Shown here: piece by piece, positions 10,399 through 20,848 of the stretch
How positions within the stretch are numbered: position 1 is the stretch's first letter
Layout of the letters: the number at the start of each line of letters is the position of its first letter
Position numbers and translations under genes: made by a program
Source: a virus
Reading direction: 5' to 3' (one strand)
IMG/VR virus record: IMGVR_UViG_3300037247_000655
Location: 32,001 to 96,000 of that record
Length of the DNA: 64,000 bases
The notes under the pieces: model-generated
What the model saw: only the letters and a program-made list of their open reading frames with translations
Told to the model about the DNA's origin: nothing
Databases searched by the model: none

Positions 10399-10424
10399 TG
10401 GTAAAGTAATAAAAGAGGTGTGTC

Positions 10425-13400
10425 ATGTCCTTAATACCAAATGATGGTAGATTACTGTGGGCAGGCACAGACGCAACCATTCCTTCTGGTTGGTTGCGAG
10501 ATACATCTTTTGACGGCAAACAACTTCAAGGAGGCGGTTCTGGCTTTACCAGTCCAGGTAATGGGGGAGGTGCGTCTCATGATCATGTTATGCCAGCGCA
10601 TACTCATGGTGGAAGTTCCCATAGTCATTCAGTTACTAGTAGCACCTATACACAAGTAGGATTTGCAACGGTTAATGGTTCGGTTCTTCCAACTATATGG
10701 AGTCCAGCTGCAAAGCAGGCTCATTTTCACAGCAGACAATCGTCCGTTACTGCTACACTCGCTTATCTAGATAGTGCTGCCATAACATTGTCAACCGAGA
10801 GTCACGGCGCTCCTTCTGTTCAACCAGTTTTAATTAAGCCTACTGGAGCGACGAGTCCACAATACATCCCCAGTGGAACAAATCTATTTACAGACGAACC
10901 CACCCCTCAAGTTGGATTTGCGGTTGATATCGCATTCAGTGGCTATTTCGTTTCTATAATGACTGGGGGGAATGACGCATCTACAACTGGTATTTATAGC
11001 GATACTCATCAACACACGACAAGTGGTCACAGTCATGCATTCCCCACACACACACACGGTTCCATAACGGGTACTGCTGCAAACCCTAGGCAAGAAATTA
11101 CTGCAAGTTCACCCTCACCTCCAAAATCATATATAACCCGTAGTCATCATAGGTGGCTTCTGAACAGTGCTAATGCCGGTATAGCATCCATTGAATCTCC
11201 TGGTTCAGATGCAGTTGCAAATGATCCTTTGTATACTAGATTATTGGCAATACGAAATACAGATGGCGACATAGAGCCGCCCAGTGGCGTTGTGATTATG
11301 TTTGTTGGGGATGTTGGTGACATTCCTGATGGCTGGACATTAATGGATGGTACTCTCGGTAGTTTGGTTAGTTGTATAGACAGACAAGTAAAATGTACTA
11401 GCGATTCCAGTGAGATAGGTGACACGGGGGGATCTAACGAGCATACACACGTCATGGCACACGTGCACAGTATGGTTACTAGTCATAATCACGCGATAGC
11501 CGTATCTTATATAGGCACAACTTTGTATGCAGATGCTGGTTTTACTCCCATATTGAATAATGCTATACATGCACACTCCTGGACTGTGACCAGTACTACT
11601 CCTCCGGATTCCGACAATAATAATGCCGTGACCGACGCTAGTGATATAAGGGTAGACTACAGAACTATATTATACATCAAGAAAGTACCCCTATCCACAG
11701 AAGCTGTAGAGTACTTTGACGATACGCTATTGTACATAAAAGGCCATATGCCCTATTCTGGAGATGTGTCGCTATTCGTAGGAGGAGATACCACTAGTTC
11801 TGGTAATGTTGAGTTATACATAGGAGGTCGCAAGACACAAGAAGCATCTGGTAGTTTGTTCATATCTTCTTTTGATGAGACAACGGGAAACACACCCCTA
11901 TTTGCAACTGGATACGCAGAGTCGTCAAGTAATGTTGATCTATTTGTCCATGGATTATCTGATGCATCAGGACAAATATCCCTGTATATTTCAGGGCCAG
12001 AAACGGTATCTGGAAATGTTAACTTATACACAGAGTCATTTGATACCACGGTTGATAATTGTAGTTTATTCATGTATGGAGGACACGATCTCTGGTTGTT
12101 CACGCTTGGTGGGACATGGGCAGACTCTGGTGTGCACTTATACTTATCTGGCAGTGGTGCTGTTGGTTCTATAAACCATACTGTTGATACATATCTACAA
12201 GGTAAAGATGGCACTAATTCATCAATAGGTTTATATTTGTCTGGAAAAGATGAAATTAACTTATCTGTAAATTTGTATGAGTATGGATTTGCTAATGAAT
12301 CAAACAATTGCAGCTTATTTATATATGGAGGATATGATCTCTGGCTATTCATAGAAGGGATATCTAGTGTCGCAAATTCCCTAAATGACACAATCGATTT
12401 GTATATCTCAGGTAGAGATGAAACTAATGCATCGGTAGATTTGTATGTATCAGGTCGTGATGCAACGAATTCATCTGTAGACTTATATCTGTATGGTAAA
12501 GATACAGATGATTCATCTATAGATTTATACATCTCTGGTAGAAATGAAACTAATGCCTCAACAGATTTGTACATATTAGGTAATGATGCAACCAGTTTAT
12601 CCATAGACTTATATTTATTGGGACACAATGATGTCAATTCATCAGAAGATTTTTATCTTTCAGGCCAAGACAGCGTTAATACATCTGTGGATTTATTCGT
12701 CAGCGGATCTATCACTGGTTCGTCATGGACCCAGTATTCAGGTAGTACGGCACTGTATCTAGGCGGGCATGGCTCTATATCTGGTGAACGCTCTCTATTC
12801 GTAGATGGGTACGTTGCTTTCTATAATGATATTTCATTGTCTATCAATGGTTATCTCGACGCCAGTGGTAACATAGATTTATTCATCTTGAGTCACGAAG
12901 ATAGTACCTATGAAACTGATTTATACGTACGCGGCAACAACAATAGCAGTGGTTCTGTAGATTTATTCACCAATGGGTCAGTTGCTGAGTCAGGACAAGT
13001 ATCGTTATTCATAAACGGATCCGCAAACATTACCAGTTCTGTCGACGTTTATCTGCAGGGATATGCGTTGTTTTCTGGTGACGTACCACTTTATATAAAC
13101 GGACACATCAACGCAAGCAGTGATGTTGACTTATTCATACCTAGTATAGATACAGTAGTCGGAAATATAGCTTTATTTATAGGTGGATATGGAACCAATC
13201 TTAGCAATATATCACTATATATAATTGGACATATGTTTTCGTCTGGCAACACTCCATGCGTCATAGGAGGACTAGACTCATCTTCTTACGATCAGACATT
13301 GTTCATAGAAGGATCCCTTGCGGTATCTGGTGGTATTAGCCTATACATTGGTGGCAGTGTATCAACCGATAGAAGCGTATCGCTATACGTAGCGGGATCT

Positions 13401-13994
13401 GGGATCTCTTTCGAAACAAATACCATGTCTCTCTTAATAAATGGATTAATATCTAGAGAGTCGGTTACGTGTCCAACCTTAGACCCAACGGCATCAGTTC
13501 AAATATCAGACAGAATAATTAATATTTACAAAAACAGCATAGATGCCCTAATAAACCAGTTAGGGAAAAATACGACATTAATTTTCCAGCCACAGATTGT
13601 GTCGTGTCCTAATTGCTCATACGATGCTCAAGGGAAGATATCTACTGGGGTGTATAATATAGGTGGACCGAGACCTTTTGCGAGGGGGAGACAATGTCCG
13701 TATTGTAAAGGGGCCGGAACATTAAAGACAGAATCTGAACAATGTATAAAGTGTCTTGTTAAATGGAGTCCCAGGGACCTTGAAAATTATGGAATTTCGA
13801 TAGAAAATACGGATAATGTAGTTAGGCTTAAAACATACATAACCCATATGGATGACCTTATGAGGGCTGACAACGCTATTGTATTGCGGGATTCTATCGG
13901 GATTGCCAAACTTAAGACACGTAGAATTATACCACCAGTCCCTGTTGGATTACGTTATGATAGATATTGTATTAGTTTTTGGGAATTAATTTAG
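10425..13994 (+). CDS. fibre protein: three collar/HxH repeats, long 14-aa repeat stalk, C-terminal Cys-rich neck-like domain
   Basis: IP.GW collar motifs and HxH clusters; many DL[FY]xxG repeats; C-terminal domain paralogous to 15423-17108. Confidence 0.75.
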   Translation: MSLIPNDGRLLWAGTDATIPSGWLRDTSFDGKQLQGGGSGFTSPGNGGGASHDHVMPAHTHGGSSHSHSVTSSTYTQVGFATVNGSVLPTIWSPAAKQAHFHSRQSSVTATLAYLDSAAITLSTESHGAPSVQPVLIKPTGATSPQYIPSGTNLFTDEPTPQVGFAVDIAFSGYFVSIMTGGNDASTTGIYSDTHQHTTSGHSHAFPTHTHGSITGTAANPRQEITASSPSPPKSYITRSHHRWLLNSANAGIASIESPGSDAVANDPLYTRLLAIRNTDGDIEPPSGVVIMFVGDVGDIPDGWTLMDGTLGSLVSCIDRQVKCTSDSSEIGDTGGSNEHTHVMAHVHSMVTSHNHAIAVSYIGTTLYADAGFTPILNNAIHAHSWTVTSTTPPDSDNNNAVTDASDIRVDYRTILYIKKVPLSTEAVEYFDDTLLYIKGHMPYSGDVSLFVGGDTTSSGNVELYIGGRKTQEASGSLFISSFDETTGNTPLFATGYAESSSNVDLFVHGLSDASGQISLYISGPETVSGNVNLYTESFDTTVDNCSLFMYGGHDLWLFTLGGTWADSGVHLYLSGSGAVGSINHTVDTYLQGKDGTNSSIGLYLSGKDEINLSVNLYEYGFANESNNCSLFIYGGYDLWLFIEGISSVANSLNDTIDLYISGRDETNASVDLYVSGRDATNSSVDLYLYGKDTDDSSIDLYISGRNETNASTDLYILGNDATSLSIDLYLLGHNDVNSSEDFYLSGQDSVNTSVDLFVSGSITGSSWTQYSGSTALYLGGHGSISGERSLFVDGYVAFYNDISLSINGYLDASGNIDLFILSHEDSTYETDLYVRGNNNSSGSVDLFTNGSVAESGQVSLFINGSANITSSVDVYLQGYALFSGDVPLYINGHINASSDVDLFIPSIDTVVGNIALFIGGYGTNLSNISLYIIGHMFSSGNTPCVIGGLDSSSYDQTLFIEGSLAVSGGISLYIGGSVSTDRSVSLYVAGSGISFETNTMSLLINGLISRESVTCPTLDPTASVQISDRIINIYKNSIDALINQLGKNTTLIFQPQIVSCPNCSYDAQGKISTGVYNIGGPRPFARGRQCPYCKGAGTLKTESEQCIKCLVKWSPRDLENYGISIENTDNVVRLKTYITHMDDLMRADNAIVLRDSIGIAKLKTRRIIPPVPVGLRYDRYCISFWELI
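12396..12731 (+). repeat. imperfect 42-bp tandem coding repeat (DLYxxGxDxxNxSx)
   Basis: Consecutive units begin GA[TC]TT[AG]TA at 42-nt period; core of repeat region ~11720-13450. Confidence 0.75.
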
Positions 13995-14011
13995 TTTTGA
14001 CGAGGTGAACG

Positions 14012-14500
14012 ATGGCGTCTAAAGTTTACGTAGCACGTGAGGTTACAATAGTGTGGACCGACACTACCGGGGATTTGGGTTTAACTCTAAATAATCTTGC
14101 TGCAGGGGTTGCCAGAATAGGGGCTCAAAAGGACTGGGGAGCAGGTTCAACTGCAGAATGGTATGAGTGGAGACTTACTATTCAATTTGCCACAGCTCCA
14201 GTAATAGGTGAAACCGTTGACGTCTACTTGTCGACATCTGATGGAACAGAAGAGGATGGACAAGAAGGTATAATAGATGCTGTCCTTGGTGGAACTGATT
14301 CGTTAAAAAATATGCATTTTATTGGTAGTTTGGTAGTAACAAGTACTGATGCGGATCATAGTATGACAGTAAGCGGTATGTGTCGCATAAATACCAGATA
14401 TGTTTCAGTAGTAATACATAATAATACCGCAGACAACCTGAAAGCCTCCAATAATATAAGTAAATTAACCCTCACACCATCGCCTCCAGAGGTACAGTAA
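14012..14500 (+). CDS. putative virion protein (beta-sandwich)
   Basis: GAGGTG RBS; coupled to LamG gene. Confidence 0.6.
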   Translation: MASKVYVAREVTIVWTDTTGDLGLTLNNLAAGVARIGAQKDWGAGSTAEWYEWRLTIQFATAPVIGETVDVYLSTSDGTEEDGQEGIIDAVLGGTDSLKNMHFIGSLVVTSTDADHSMTVSGMCRINTRYVSVVIHNNTADNLKASNNISKLTLTPSPPEVQ

Positions 14501-15423
14501 TGAATAGAATCGTCCCAGGATATTCGCAGGGCTTTGCCAGATCGTCAAGTGAATCTCAATCACCAGAATTATGGGATGGTTTGGTTGGAGCATGGGTTCC
14601 TGGCTTAGGAGTAACCGGAGATACACTGTTCGACTGGAGCGGTAAGCGACGTCACGGGATTTTTGGCGGAACTAAGGGCGGTGAGTATTTTACCTGGGGA
14701 ATGAATCAAGGGGGTTATTCGCTACTTGGACCTGCACCTGTAGGGAATGGGGCTCTTGCTAACATCGCAATTGGTGATTGGGTTATCCCAACTGGACGCA
14801 TATCAATAGTGGCTCGTGTGTCTAAGATCACAGGTGCGAGCCCCACTGATAGACGAATTATTTCTCGTGCAAGTAGCACTACCAGTGATGATCATGACTG
14901 GATGATTGGCAGTGTCGGATCCCAAGCAACTCAGTTCCGATCTCGTTTTTTTATAGATGGGACAACGCACACAGATATATCAGATGGTATCGTATTCGAT
15001 AATGATCATAATCGATTTTTAGCAGCGACATATGATGGGGCCAATGTACACCACTATCACTACAGGCAAGGTGCGTCCTCCGATTCCACTCCTGTCGTTC
15101 ACAAACAATGGGCAACAACAGGGGATTTGATTGACACAGACAGAGGGCCTCAAACTGTAGAGATAGGCAGAAACCCCGGAGGCACGCCCTATGGTAACTG
15201 GGAAGGTTTAATTTACTTTGTTTATGTTTACGATCGTGCCTTATCTCCAGGTGAAATAGACTCGCTATTCAGTGATAATTATGCACCTTTCAGAATGCGT
15301 AGACAACTTGTCGCTCGTGGCATAGGAAGTACAGGTATAAATGCAGCTATGGATACAGTTGTGGTGGGACATAAACTCTTTGCTACTAGTTGGCACCCCA
15401 ACACATGGAAAGGGAGACCATAA
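14500..15423 (+). CDS. LamG/ConA-like domain protein
   Basis: GLVGAW, AATYDG, W.G.I..VYVYDRALS..EI motifs. Confidence 0.75.
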   Translation: MNRIVPGYSQGFARSSSESQSPELWDGLVGAWVPGLGVTGDTLFDWSGKRRHGIFGGTKGGEYFTWGMNQGGYSLLGPAPVGNGALANIAIGDWVIPTGRISIVARVSKITGASPTDRRIISRASSTTSDDHDWMIGSVGSQATQFRSRFFIDGTTHTDISDGIVFDNDHNRFLAATYDGANVHHYHYRQGASSDSTPVVHKQWATTGDLIDTDRGPQTVEIGRNPGGTPYGNWEGLIYFVYVYDRALSPGEIDSLFSDNYAPFRMRRQLVARGIGSTGINAAMDTVVVGHKLFATSWHPNTWKGRP

Positions 15424-17108
15424 TGACCCCTCTTGCTAGTTCGTGTAACTTATTTACCAATGGATACGAACCTAGACCAACTCTGTCGTGTCCAACACTA
15501 GACCCATCAGCATCTATACAGATAACAGATACGTTGATAGGTGTTTATCAGTCCAGAATAGATGCAGTAATAAATCAGTTGGGCAAAAGTGTGTTACTTG
15601 ATTTTGATCCGAACAGGGAGGACTGCCCAAATTGTTGGACTTCTGGGGCAATGATTTCTACACCAAACGGACCGCAACAAATACAGGATATTAAACCCGG
15701 AGACTATGTTTTTTCTCCTAGTGGTAATATCCGTAAGGTTAATGGTGTATTTACCTCACAGTATAGTGGGAGATTATTCAATATTAAATGTTATGGGATA
15801 AGTGCTCCGGAATACATGACAGCAGATCACAAATTGCCCGTTGTTCGAAAAATGAGATCCTTATATACGCAACATCAATGGGTTGATCACGACTATATCC
15901 TAGCCAATCCATGTGTCGAGTTAGTTAAGACAAAAGATATAGAGATAGGTGACGCTTTAATTATGCCAAATGTTCCGCATAATGACAATGATCTAAAAAC
16001 AATTTATATAGATGGATTTGGAGATATTGATTGTACTGATGATCTTTTGAATTTTCTTGGTTGGTGGTTGGCGGAAGGATGTATCCATAAATCTGAATAT
16101 CCACGAGAAATAAATTTTTGCCTATGTGCTTCAAAAGAAAATGAAATAGCAGATTATTTAATAAATATTGGGAGAAAAATATTTGATTTAAAGGGCACAA
16201 AAACATTCAGAACCAATGCTGATAATCTATTGGTGAATTTCTATTCCACTAAATTAACAAAATTTTTGATGAAATTTGGGTTATGTGCGTGGAATAAATC
16301 TATTCCAAATAATTTGTTTACAAAACTATCTCAAAGACAACTTCGTATTTTATTCGATGCATATAGAAATGGTGATGGGAATATTTATACAAATTCAGAA
16401 TTTTCAATTTATAATCGTTATTCAATAATTACTACTAGTAAAATTTTAGCATTTCAAATATTTGAATGTTTAACACGAGATAATTTGATACCATCTATCT
16501 GTTATAAAAAAGGCAGAACTACTATGGATGGAGTCAAACATAGAGAATTTTGGGTAGTAGTTTGGTTACCAGATAGGAAACAACAAAAAAGTTGTGTCAG
16601 GGAAAGTAATATTGGACAACTCTCAATGGTAAGAAATATAGAACAAATAGAGTCTACCATCATTGTATATAATATTGATGTAGATGTAGACCACCAATAC
16701 GTAGTTAACGGCATAGCTTCTCAAAATTGTAACTTTGACATGATTAGAGGAAGATCACGCAACGTATATACACCTGGTGGGCCAAGACCTTTTACACTAG
16801 GTCGTCAGTGCCCCTATTGTAAGGGTAACGGATTTCTAGAAACCCCAGTTCAGAAGTGTATCAGGTGTTTAATACGCTGGAATCCAAAGGATGCTATCGA
16901 TTACGGCATCTCTATTAGTCGCGGAACAAATGTAGTACGATTTAAGACATATCTATACAACTATCCTGATTTGGTACGAGCTAAATTTGCTATATCTAAT
17001 TACGCTAGCCAAGATATAGCTAAATTAAAAGTTCGAAGAATAAAGGATCCAATCATAACAGGATTGAGAGATGACAGGTATTGTATTAGTTTTTGGGAAA
17101 CCATATAG
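15423..17108 (+). CDS. Cys-rich neck/head-closure-like virion protein interrupted by an intein
   Basis: Exteins align end to end with the C-terminal domain of 10425-13994; TAATG overlap start. Confidence 0.7.
   Translation: MTPLASSCNLFTNGYEPRPTLSCPTLDPSASIQITDTLIGVYQSRIDAVINQLGKSVLLDFDPNREDCPNCWTSGAMISTPNGPQQIQDIKPGDYVFSPSGNIRKVNGVFTSQYSGRLFNIKCYGISAPEYMTADHKLPVVRKMRSLYTQHQWVDHDYILANPCVELVKTKDIEIGDALIMPNVPHNDNDLKTIYIDGFGDIDCTDDLLNFLGWWLAEGCIHKSEYPREINFCLCASKENEIADYLINIGRKIFDLKGTKTFRTNADNLLVNFYSTKLTKFLMKFGLCAWNKSIPNNLFTKLSQRQLRILFDAYRNGDGNIYTNSEFSIYNRYSIITTSKILAFQIFECLTRDNLIPSICYKKGRTTMDGVKHREFWVVVWLPDRKQQKSCVRESNIGQLSMVRNIEQIESTIIVYNIDVDVDHQYVVNGIASQNCNFDMIRGRSRNVYTPGGPRPFTLGRQCPYCKGNGFLETPVQKCIRCLIRWNPKDAIDYGISISRGTNVVRFKTYLYNYPDLVRAKFAISNYASQDIAKLKVRRIKDPIITGLRDDRYCISFWETI
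15633..16727 (+). mobile_element. intein with LAGLIDADG endonuclease (365 aa)
   Basis: Starts CWTSGAMI; TADH block B; LGWWLAEG and YRNGDG motifs; ends VYNIDV..ASQN followed by Cys. Confidence 0.9.
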
Positions 17109-17807
17109 ATGTCAAAAATAAAATTTACAATAGAGACTACGAAACAAACCCTCTCCCAATTAGCAAAGGGCGTAAGGAGAGAAGGTTCTAGATTATGGGG
17201 ACGTGCTGCTATAGTGAATGGCCCTGCAGTCAGTTTGGGGATAGGAACAATGCTTGTCAAAAAATTTGAGAGCACTGCTGTGGCAAAATCTTTGCGTGGA
17301 CAAGGTTCCGAAGATCTACCAGCTCATTTCGGATTGAGTGACGGTATGGCTAGTGCCTTGGTCGACGGCATGGGTGAATTGATTAGATCATCTGTGCAAA
17401 TTATTAGTAAAAGAGACGGTCATTCAGTTTATCTTAGGATACGGGCTGTATCAACTGACTGGAACGAATATCTTTCTTTGCCTGGTGCTCAGTATATATC
17501 CAGTCCATCAAATATCACGATTCCAGTAGCAAAATGGCTGCTGATTGATCCAAGTATAGATATAGGACAAGCGGCATACGATATAGTATTTAAGGGAGAG
17601 GACTCAAAAGTAGACGCCCAGATAGAGAAAGTATCTCGCAGTGGACGAGCAATCATGGTGTCTTTGGAGAAACTCGGTGGCAGTGGTGGCTATGTTTTAC
17701 CCAGCATAGTCTCTGGTCAGGCTGGTCAGAACTTTATCGAATACACCTTGGGGCAAAAAGGGGTAGCGATAGAGGCTGCTAATATACTAATGAAAAAGGT
17801 GGGATAA
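17109..17807 (+). CDS. putative neck/tail completion protein
   Basis: Position in neck module; P.A.WLL motif. Confidence 0.45.
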   Translation: MSKIKFTIETTKQTLSQLAKGVRREGSRLWGRAAIVNGPAVSLGIGTMLVKKFESTAVAKSLRGQGSEDLPAHFGLSDGMASALVDGMGELIRSSVQIISKRDGHSVYLRIRAVSTDWNEYLSLPGAQYISSPSNITIPVAKWLLIDPSIDIGQAAYDIVFKGEDSKVDAQIEKVSRSGRAIMVSLEKLGGSGGYVLPSIVSGQAGQNFIEYTLGQKGVAIEAANILMKKVG

Positions 17808-18593
17808 ATGGATATTAAAGATTTCCTTATTGAGGTGAGACAGGGTAATATTCCTGGGTACTCGATAGAGCACAAATTTGGTCGCAACGACAATATCCAA
17901 AACGGTATTTGGGGGTTAGTATCTCCAATCGGTGGTTCTGGAGTATTTAGAACATCCGCAATTCAAATGAGAGTCAAATCAGGAGGCAGTGTTGATGACA
18001 CCGTAGATGGCGATGGCGCTCGCGGGATTACTGTTATTGGTATTGATTCATCACTGACAGAGATATCTGAAACAATCGTCACATCTGGCGCAGGTGTTAG
18101 TTTGCCTACTACTGCTAGATTCTGGAGAGTATATCGTTCCTATGTAGCTGATGGTGCAGTTGGTACATATGGTGGAAGCAATGTAGGTAATATTATCATA
18201 GAAGACTCTGGGGGTGCGGATAATATAATACAGATATCAGAAGACGAAGGACAATCACAGCATGGTGCATATTCCATTCCTGCTGGAAGAACTGGATATC
18301 TTTTAACCGTACACCTAACAACAGATGCTTCAAAAGCTGCTGATTTTAGGTTATTTACTCGCGAAGACTTTACTAATGTGTTATCGTCGATGTCTCCAAA
18401 GAGACTAAGACTTTACTGGGATGGTATACTAGGACACGTCGATGCATATATTCCTCACTCTCCAGGTATATCACTACCTGCCTTAACTGATGTTTGGATA
18501 GAAGCGGAAGGTGGAGGAGCGAACACTGAAGTATCGGTGGATTTCGAAATTTTATTAGTAGACAATCCTGTGTCACATATCAAACGTATCTAG
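17808..18593 (+). CDS. putative virion protein
   Basis: KFGRN..GARGI...G.D..F.RVYR..YSIPAG motifs typical of phage structural proteins. Confidence 0.55.
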   Translation: MDIKDFLIEVRQGNIPGYSIEHKFGRNDNIQNGIWGLVSPIGGSGVFRTSAIQMRVKSGGSVDDTVDGDGARGITVIGIDSSLTEISETIVTSGAGVSLPTTARFWRVYRSYVADGAVGTYGGSNVGNIIIEDSGGADNIIQISEDEGQSQHGAYSIPAGRTGYLLTVHLTTDASKAADFRLFTREDFTNVLSSMSPKRLRLYWDGILGHVDAYIPHSPGISLPALTDVWIEAEGGGANTEVSVDFEILLVDNPVSHIKRI

Positions 18594-18613
18594 TCTTTGT
18601 TGGGAGAAACAAT

Positions 18614-19549
18614 ATGTGTGCATTAAACTTCAAAGGAACAAATATTGGTGGATTCGGAGGATACGAATTAACTGATCAATTACAGTATAACGTTAAATGG
18701 TTTTTGGATTGGAATTTTTTGAACAATGGTGCTTATGGAATTTACGAGTATGATTCGGCAAGCTGGTATGATGACGACGAATCTAAATTACATCTTGTCC
18801 CGGATGAGAGATATGTTGAAGGTAGTGTGTGGGAGGGCGCGGGACGAGAATGGTCGTGGGAAAGTGGAGTTTCATTAGGTAGTGGTGCCATAGATCCTTT
18901 CCGTGTCTCAGGGGTCTACATAGAGGGGGATTTCTATCCAATTAGTTCTGTAGGTATTAATCGCCATCACGTTGATTATCTCAATGGTAGAATTATATTC
19001 GACGAACCCAAAGATGCTAGCGATGATATCCGGGCTGAATACACTAGACGATCAGTCCATGTCGGGTTTGCTGATGATTCTGAATTTAGACGACTCATGT
19101 TGAATGCAGTGGAGGAGTTCTTGACAGACTCTTTGCCGTCTGGCACAACCTCTAGGGAACACCAGATTTGGCTACCGAGTATTTTCATTGAGGCAGTGAA
19201 TGGTGAACAGAGGGGTTTGCAGCTCGGTGGAGGTCAGATAAAAACGAGGTATATAACTTTTCATATATTCGCAGATAATCCACAAGATCGCAACTTGTTA
19301 AAAGATTGGCTTGATTATCAGAGTAGAACAACATTTTGGATGGCAGATCTCAATAGTCTTACATTTCCATTCGACGAGTATGGAGATATTATTCCTGGGG
19401 TAACCAATTGGGTAGACATGACTATTGATCATCCATGGAAGAAACTACGGGTTATAGACAGTAATTCAGCCACAATAAATTCATTAAATTCACAACTGTT
19501 TAGGGCTCGGGTGACATGGGAAATCGAGATAGATTTTGGTTCAATTTGA
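18614..19549 (+). CDS. putative tail terminator/completion protein
   Basis: VDYLNGRIIF, LPSIFIE, QLGG motifs; immediately upstream of tail tube. Confidence 0.5.
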   Translation: MCALNFKGTNIGGFGGYELTDQLQYNVKWFLDWNFLNNGAYGIYEYDSASWYDDDESKLHLVPDERYVEGSVWEGAGREWSWESGVSLGSGAIDPFRVSGVYIEGDFYPISSVGINRHHVDYLNGRIIFDEPKDASDDIRAEYTRRSVHVGFADDSEFRRLMLNAVEEFLTDSLPSGTTSREHQIWLPSIFIEAVNGEQRGLQLGGGQIKTRYITFHIFADNPQDRNLLKDWLDYQSRTTFWMADLNSLTFPFDEYGDIIPGVTNWVDMTIDHPWKKLRVIDSNSATINSLNSQLFRARVTWEIEIDFGSI

Positions 19550-19619
19550 ATTTCTGGTGTATAACACAATAGTTGGACAGTTGTTTGGATAGTTCTAATT
19601 GAAGGGAGAATGACAAGAA

Positions 19620-20732
19620 GTGTCTCAGAATAGAATTTTTTACGCGATTCAATCATTGGGTTTCGCCCCGCATAATACGCTGTGTCCACTGGACGCAGGT
19701 GCATTGCATGAGGGTTCTGGAACACATCCGTCTGGATTCATAACTGCACACGGTGTACAAAGTGTTGGACTCAATACTACGTTCAATCTTGAGCAAGTAT
19801 TTGAACTTGGTCAGCTGGAGCTTTACGAGAATATCGAAGGTATCCCCGACATTGAGTTGACTGTACAGAAGGTGTTGGACGGATATCCATTGCTATACCA
19901 CTTGTCTACGCCAAATGCGTCGTCTGCAACCTTGGTTGGTCGCTCAAATGAACGATGTTTTGCTGCCCTAAATATATACCCAGATACTTTCGATAACGCT
20001 TCTGGTGTACCACTTCAATCCGTAGGAATGTCTGGAATGTATGTTTCGGCCCTATCTTACACAATGAACGTAGAAGGCAGTTCCACGGAAGACGCCACTT
20101 TTGTAGGTAACAACAAAGAATGGGTTGCTTCGGGCCTTACGCACTTTGCCCCATCTGTCTTTGATGGTTCTGATGCTCCCCTATCACTTGCTGCGTCTGG
20201 TGGTGTGGCACAACGTGAAAATATTCTGATGGGCTCTGGGTGCTCTATGGACAATGCTGGTGTTATTACTGGAGTTAGTGGCAGTCTCTGGCCGACAGAG
20301 ATCGGTGGTATAGATGCGAATGGATGGAACCTTGTATCTGGGGATTCTTATCTTGCTCACCTTCAGACAGCTACGGTTGCAACAGACCTTGGTCGAGAGG
20401 AATTATTCGAACTGGGCCGTAGAGGTCCCTATCATAGATTCGTATCGTTTCCAACTGAAGTTACCTGCTCAATTGATACAACTTCGTCTGAGGGCGATCT
20501 AATTGACGCTCTTGCTGATCCTGTAGGTGGATCTAATCTCAGCAATCAGAAGATTTTCATCTGGGTTGAAGAGGGGACGCGAATCAATCTTGGGGCGAAG
20601 AATAAGTTGGCATCTGTTACTTATGGAGGCGGAGATGCTGGTGGCGGAAATGTTAATGTAAGTTACAACTATTCGAATTTCAACAGCTTACGCGTCACTC
20701 ATACAGCAGATCCAGCAGGACTTGCAACGTAG
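19620..20732 (+). CDS. major tail (tube) protein
   Basis: GVQSVG..FNLEQVFELGQL and ELFELG duplicated half motifs; own GTGTATAA promoter (19557-19564) and terminator. Confidence 0.7.
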   Translation: MSQNRIFYAIQSLGFAPHNTLCPLDAGALHEGSGTHPSGFITAHGVQSVGLNTTFNLEQVFELGQLELYENIEGIPDIELTVQKVLDGYPLLYHLSTPNASSATLVGRSNERCFAALNIYPDTFDNASGVPLQSVGMSGMYVSALSYTMNVEGSSTEDATFVGNNKEWVASGLTHFAPSVFDGSDAPLSLAASGGVAQRENILMGSGCSMDNAGVITGVSGSLWPTEIGGIDANGWNLVSGDSYLAHLQTATVATDLGREELFELGRRGPYHRFVSFPTEVTCSIDTTSSEGDLIDALADPVGGSNLSNQKIFIWVEEGTRINLGAKNKLASVTYGGGDAGGGNVNVSYNYSNFNSLRVTHTADPAGLAT

Positions 20733-20759
20733 AATACATGGTTTAATTTGTTATCAGTT

Positions 20760-20794
20760 AATCGGGGTGGTTTTCGGACCATCCCGATTTTTTT
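20760..20794 (+). terminator. intrinsic terminator
   Basis: ATCGGGGTGGT-TTTCGG-ACCATCCCGAT + T run. Confidence 0.85.
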
Positions 20795-20803
20795 ATTTTA
20801 TAC

Positions 20804-20832
20804 GCAACAAATGTGTTACCCATACGTATAAT
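20804..20832 (+). promoter_or_regulatory. putative early/middle promoter
   Basis: GCAAC-N16-CGTATAAT. Confidence 0.65.
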
Positions 20833-20848
20833 AGTATAGGAGAAAAAT

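Noticed and set aside
11753-12637. Long antisense ORFs (also 3112-3690, 33409-33960, 42144-42740)
   Set aside because: Shadows of well-supported genes on the opposite strand
12396-12731. CRISPR array or DGR repeat
   Set aside because: In-frame degenerate coding repeats with no spacers; no cas or reverse transcriptase gene in the window
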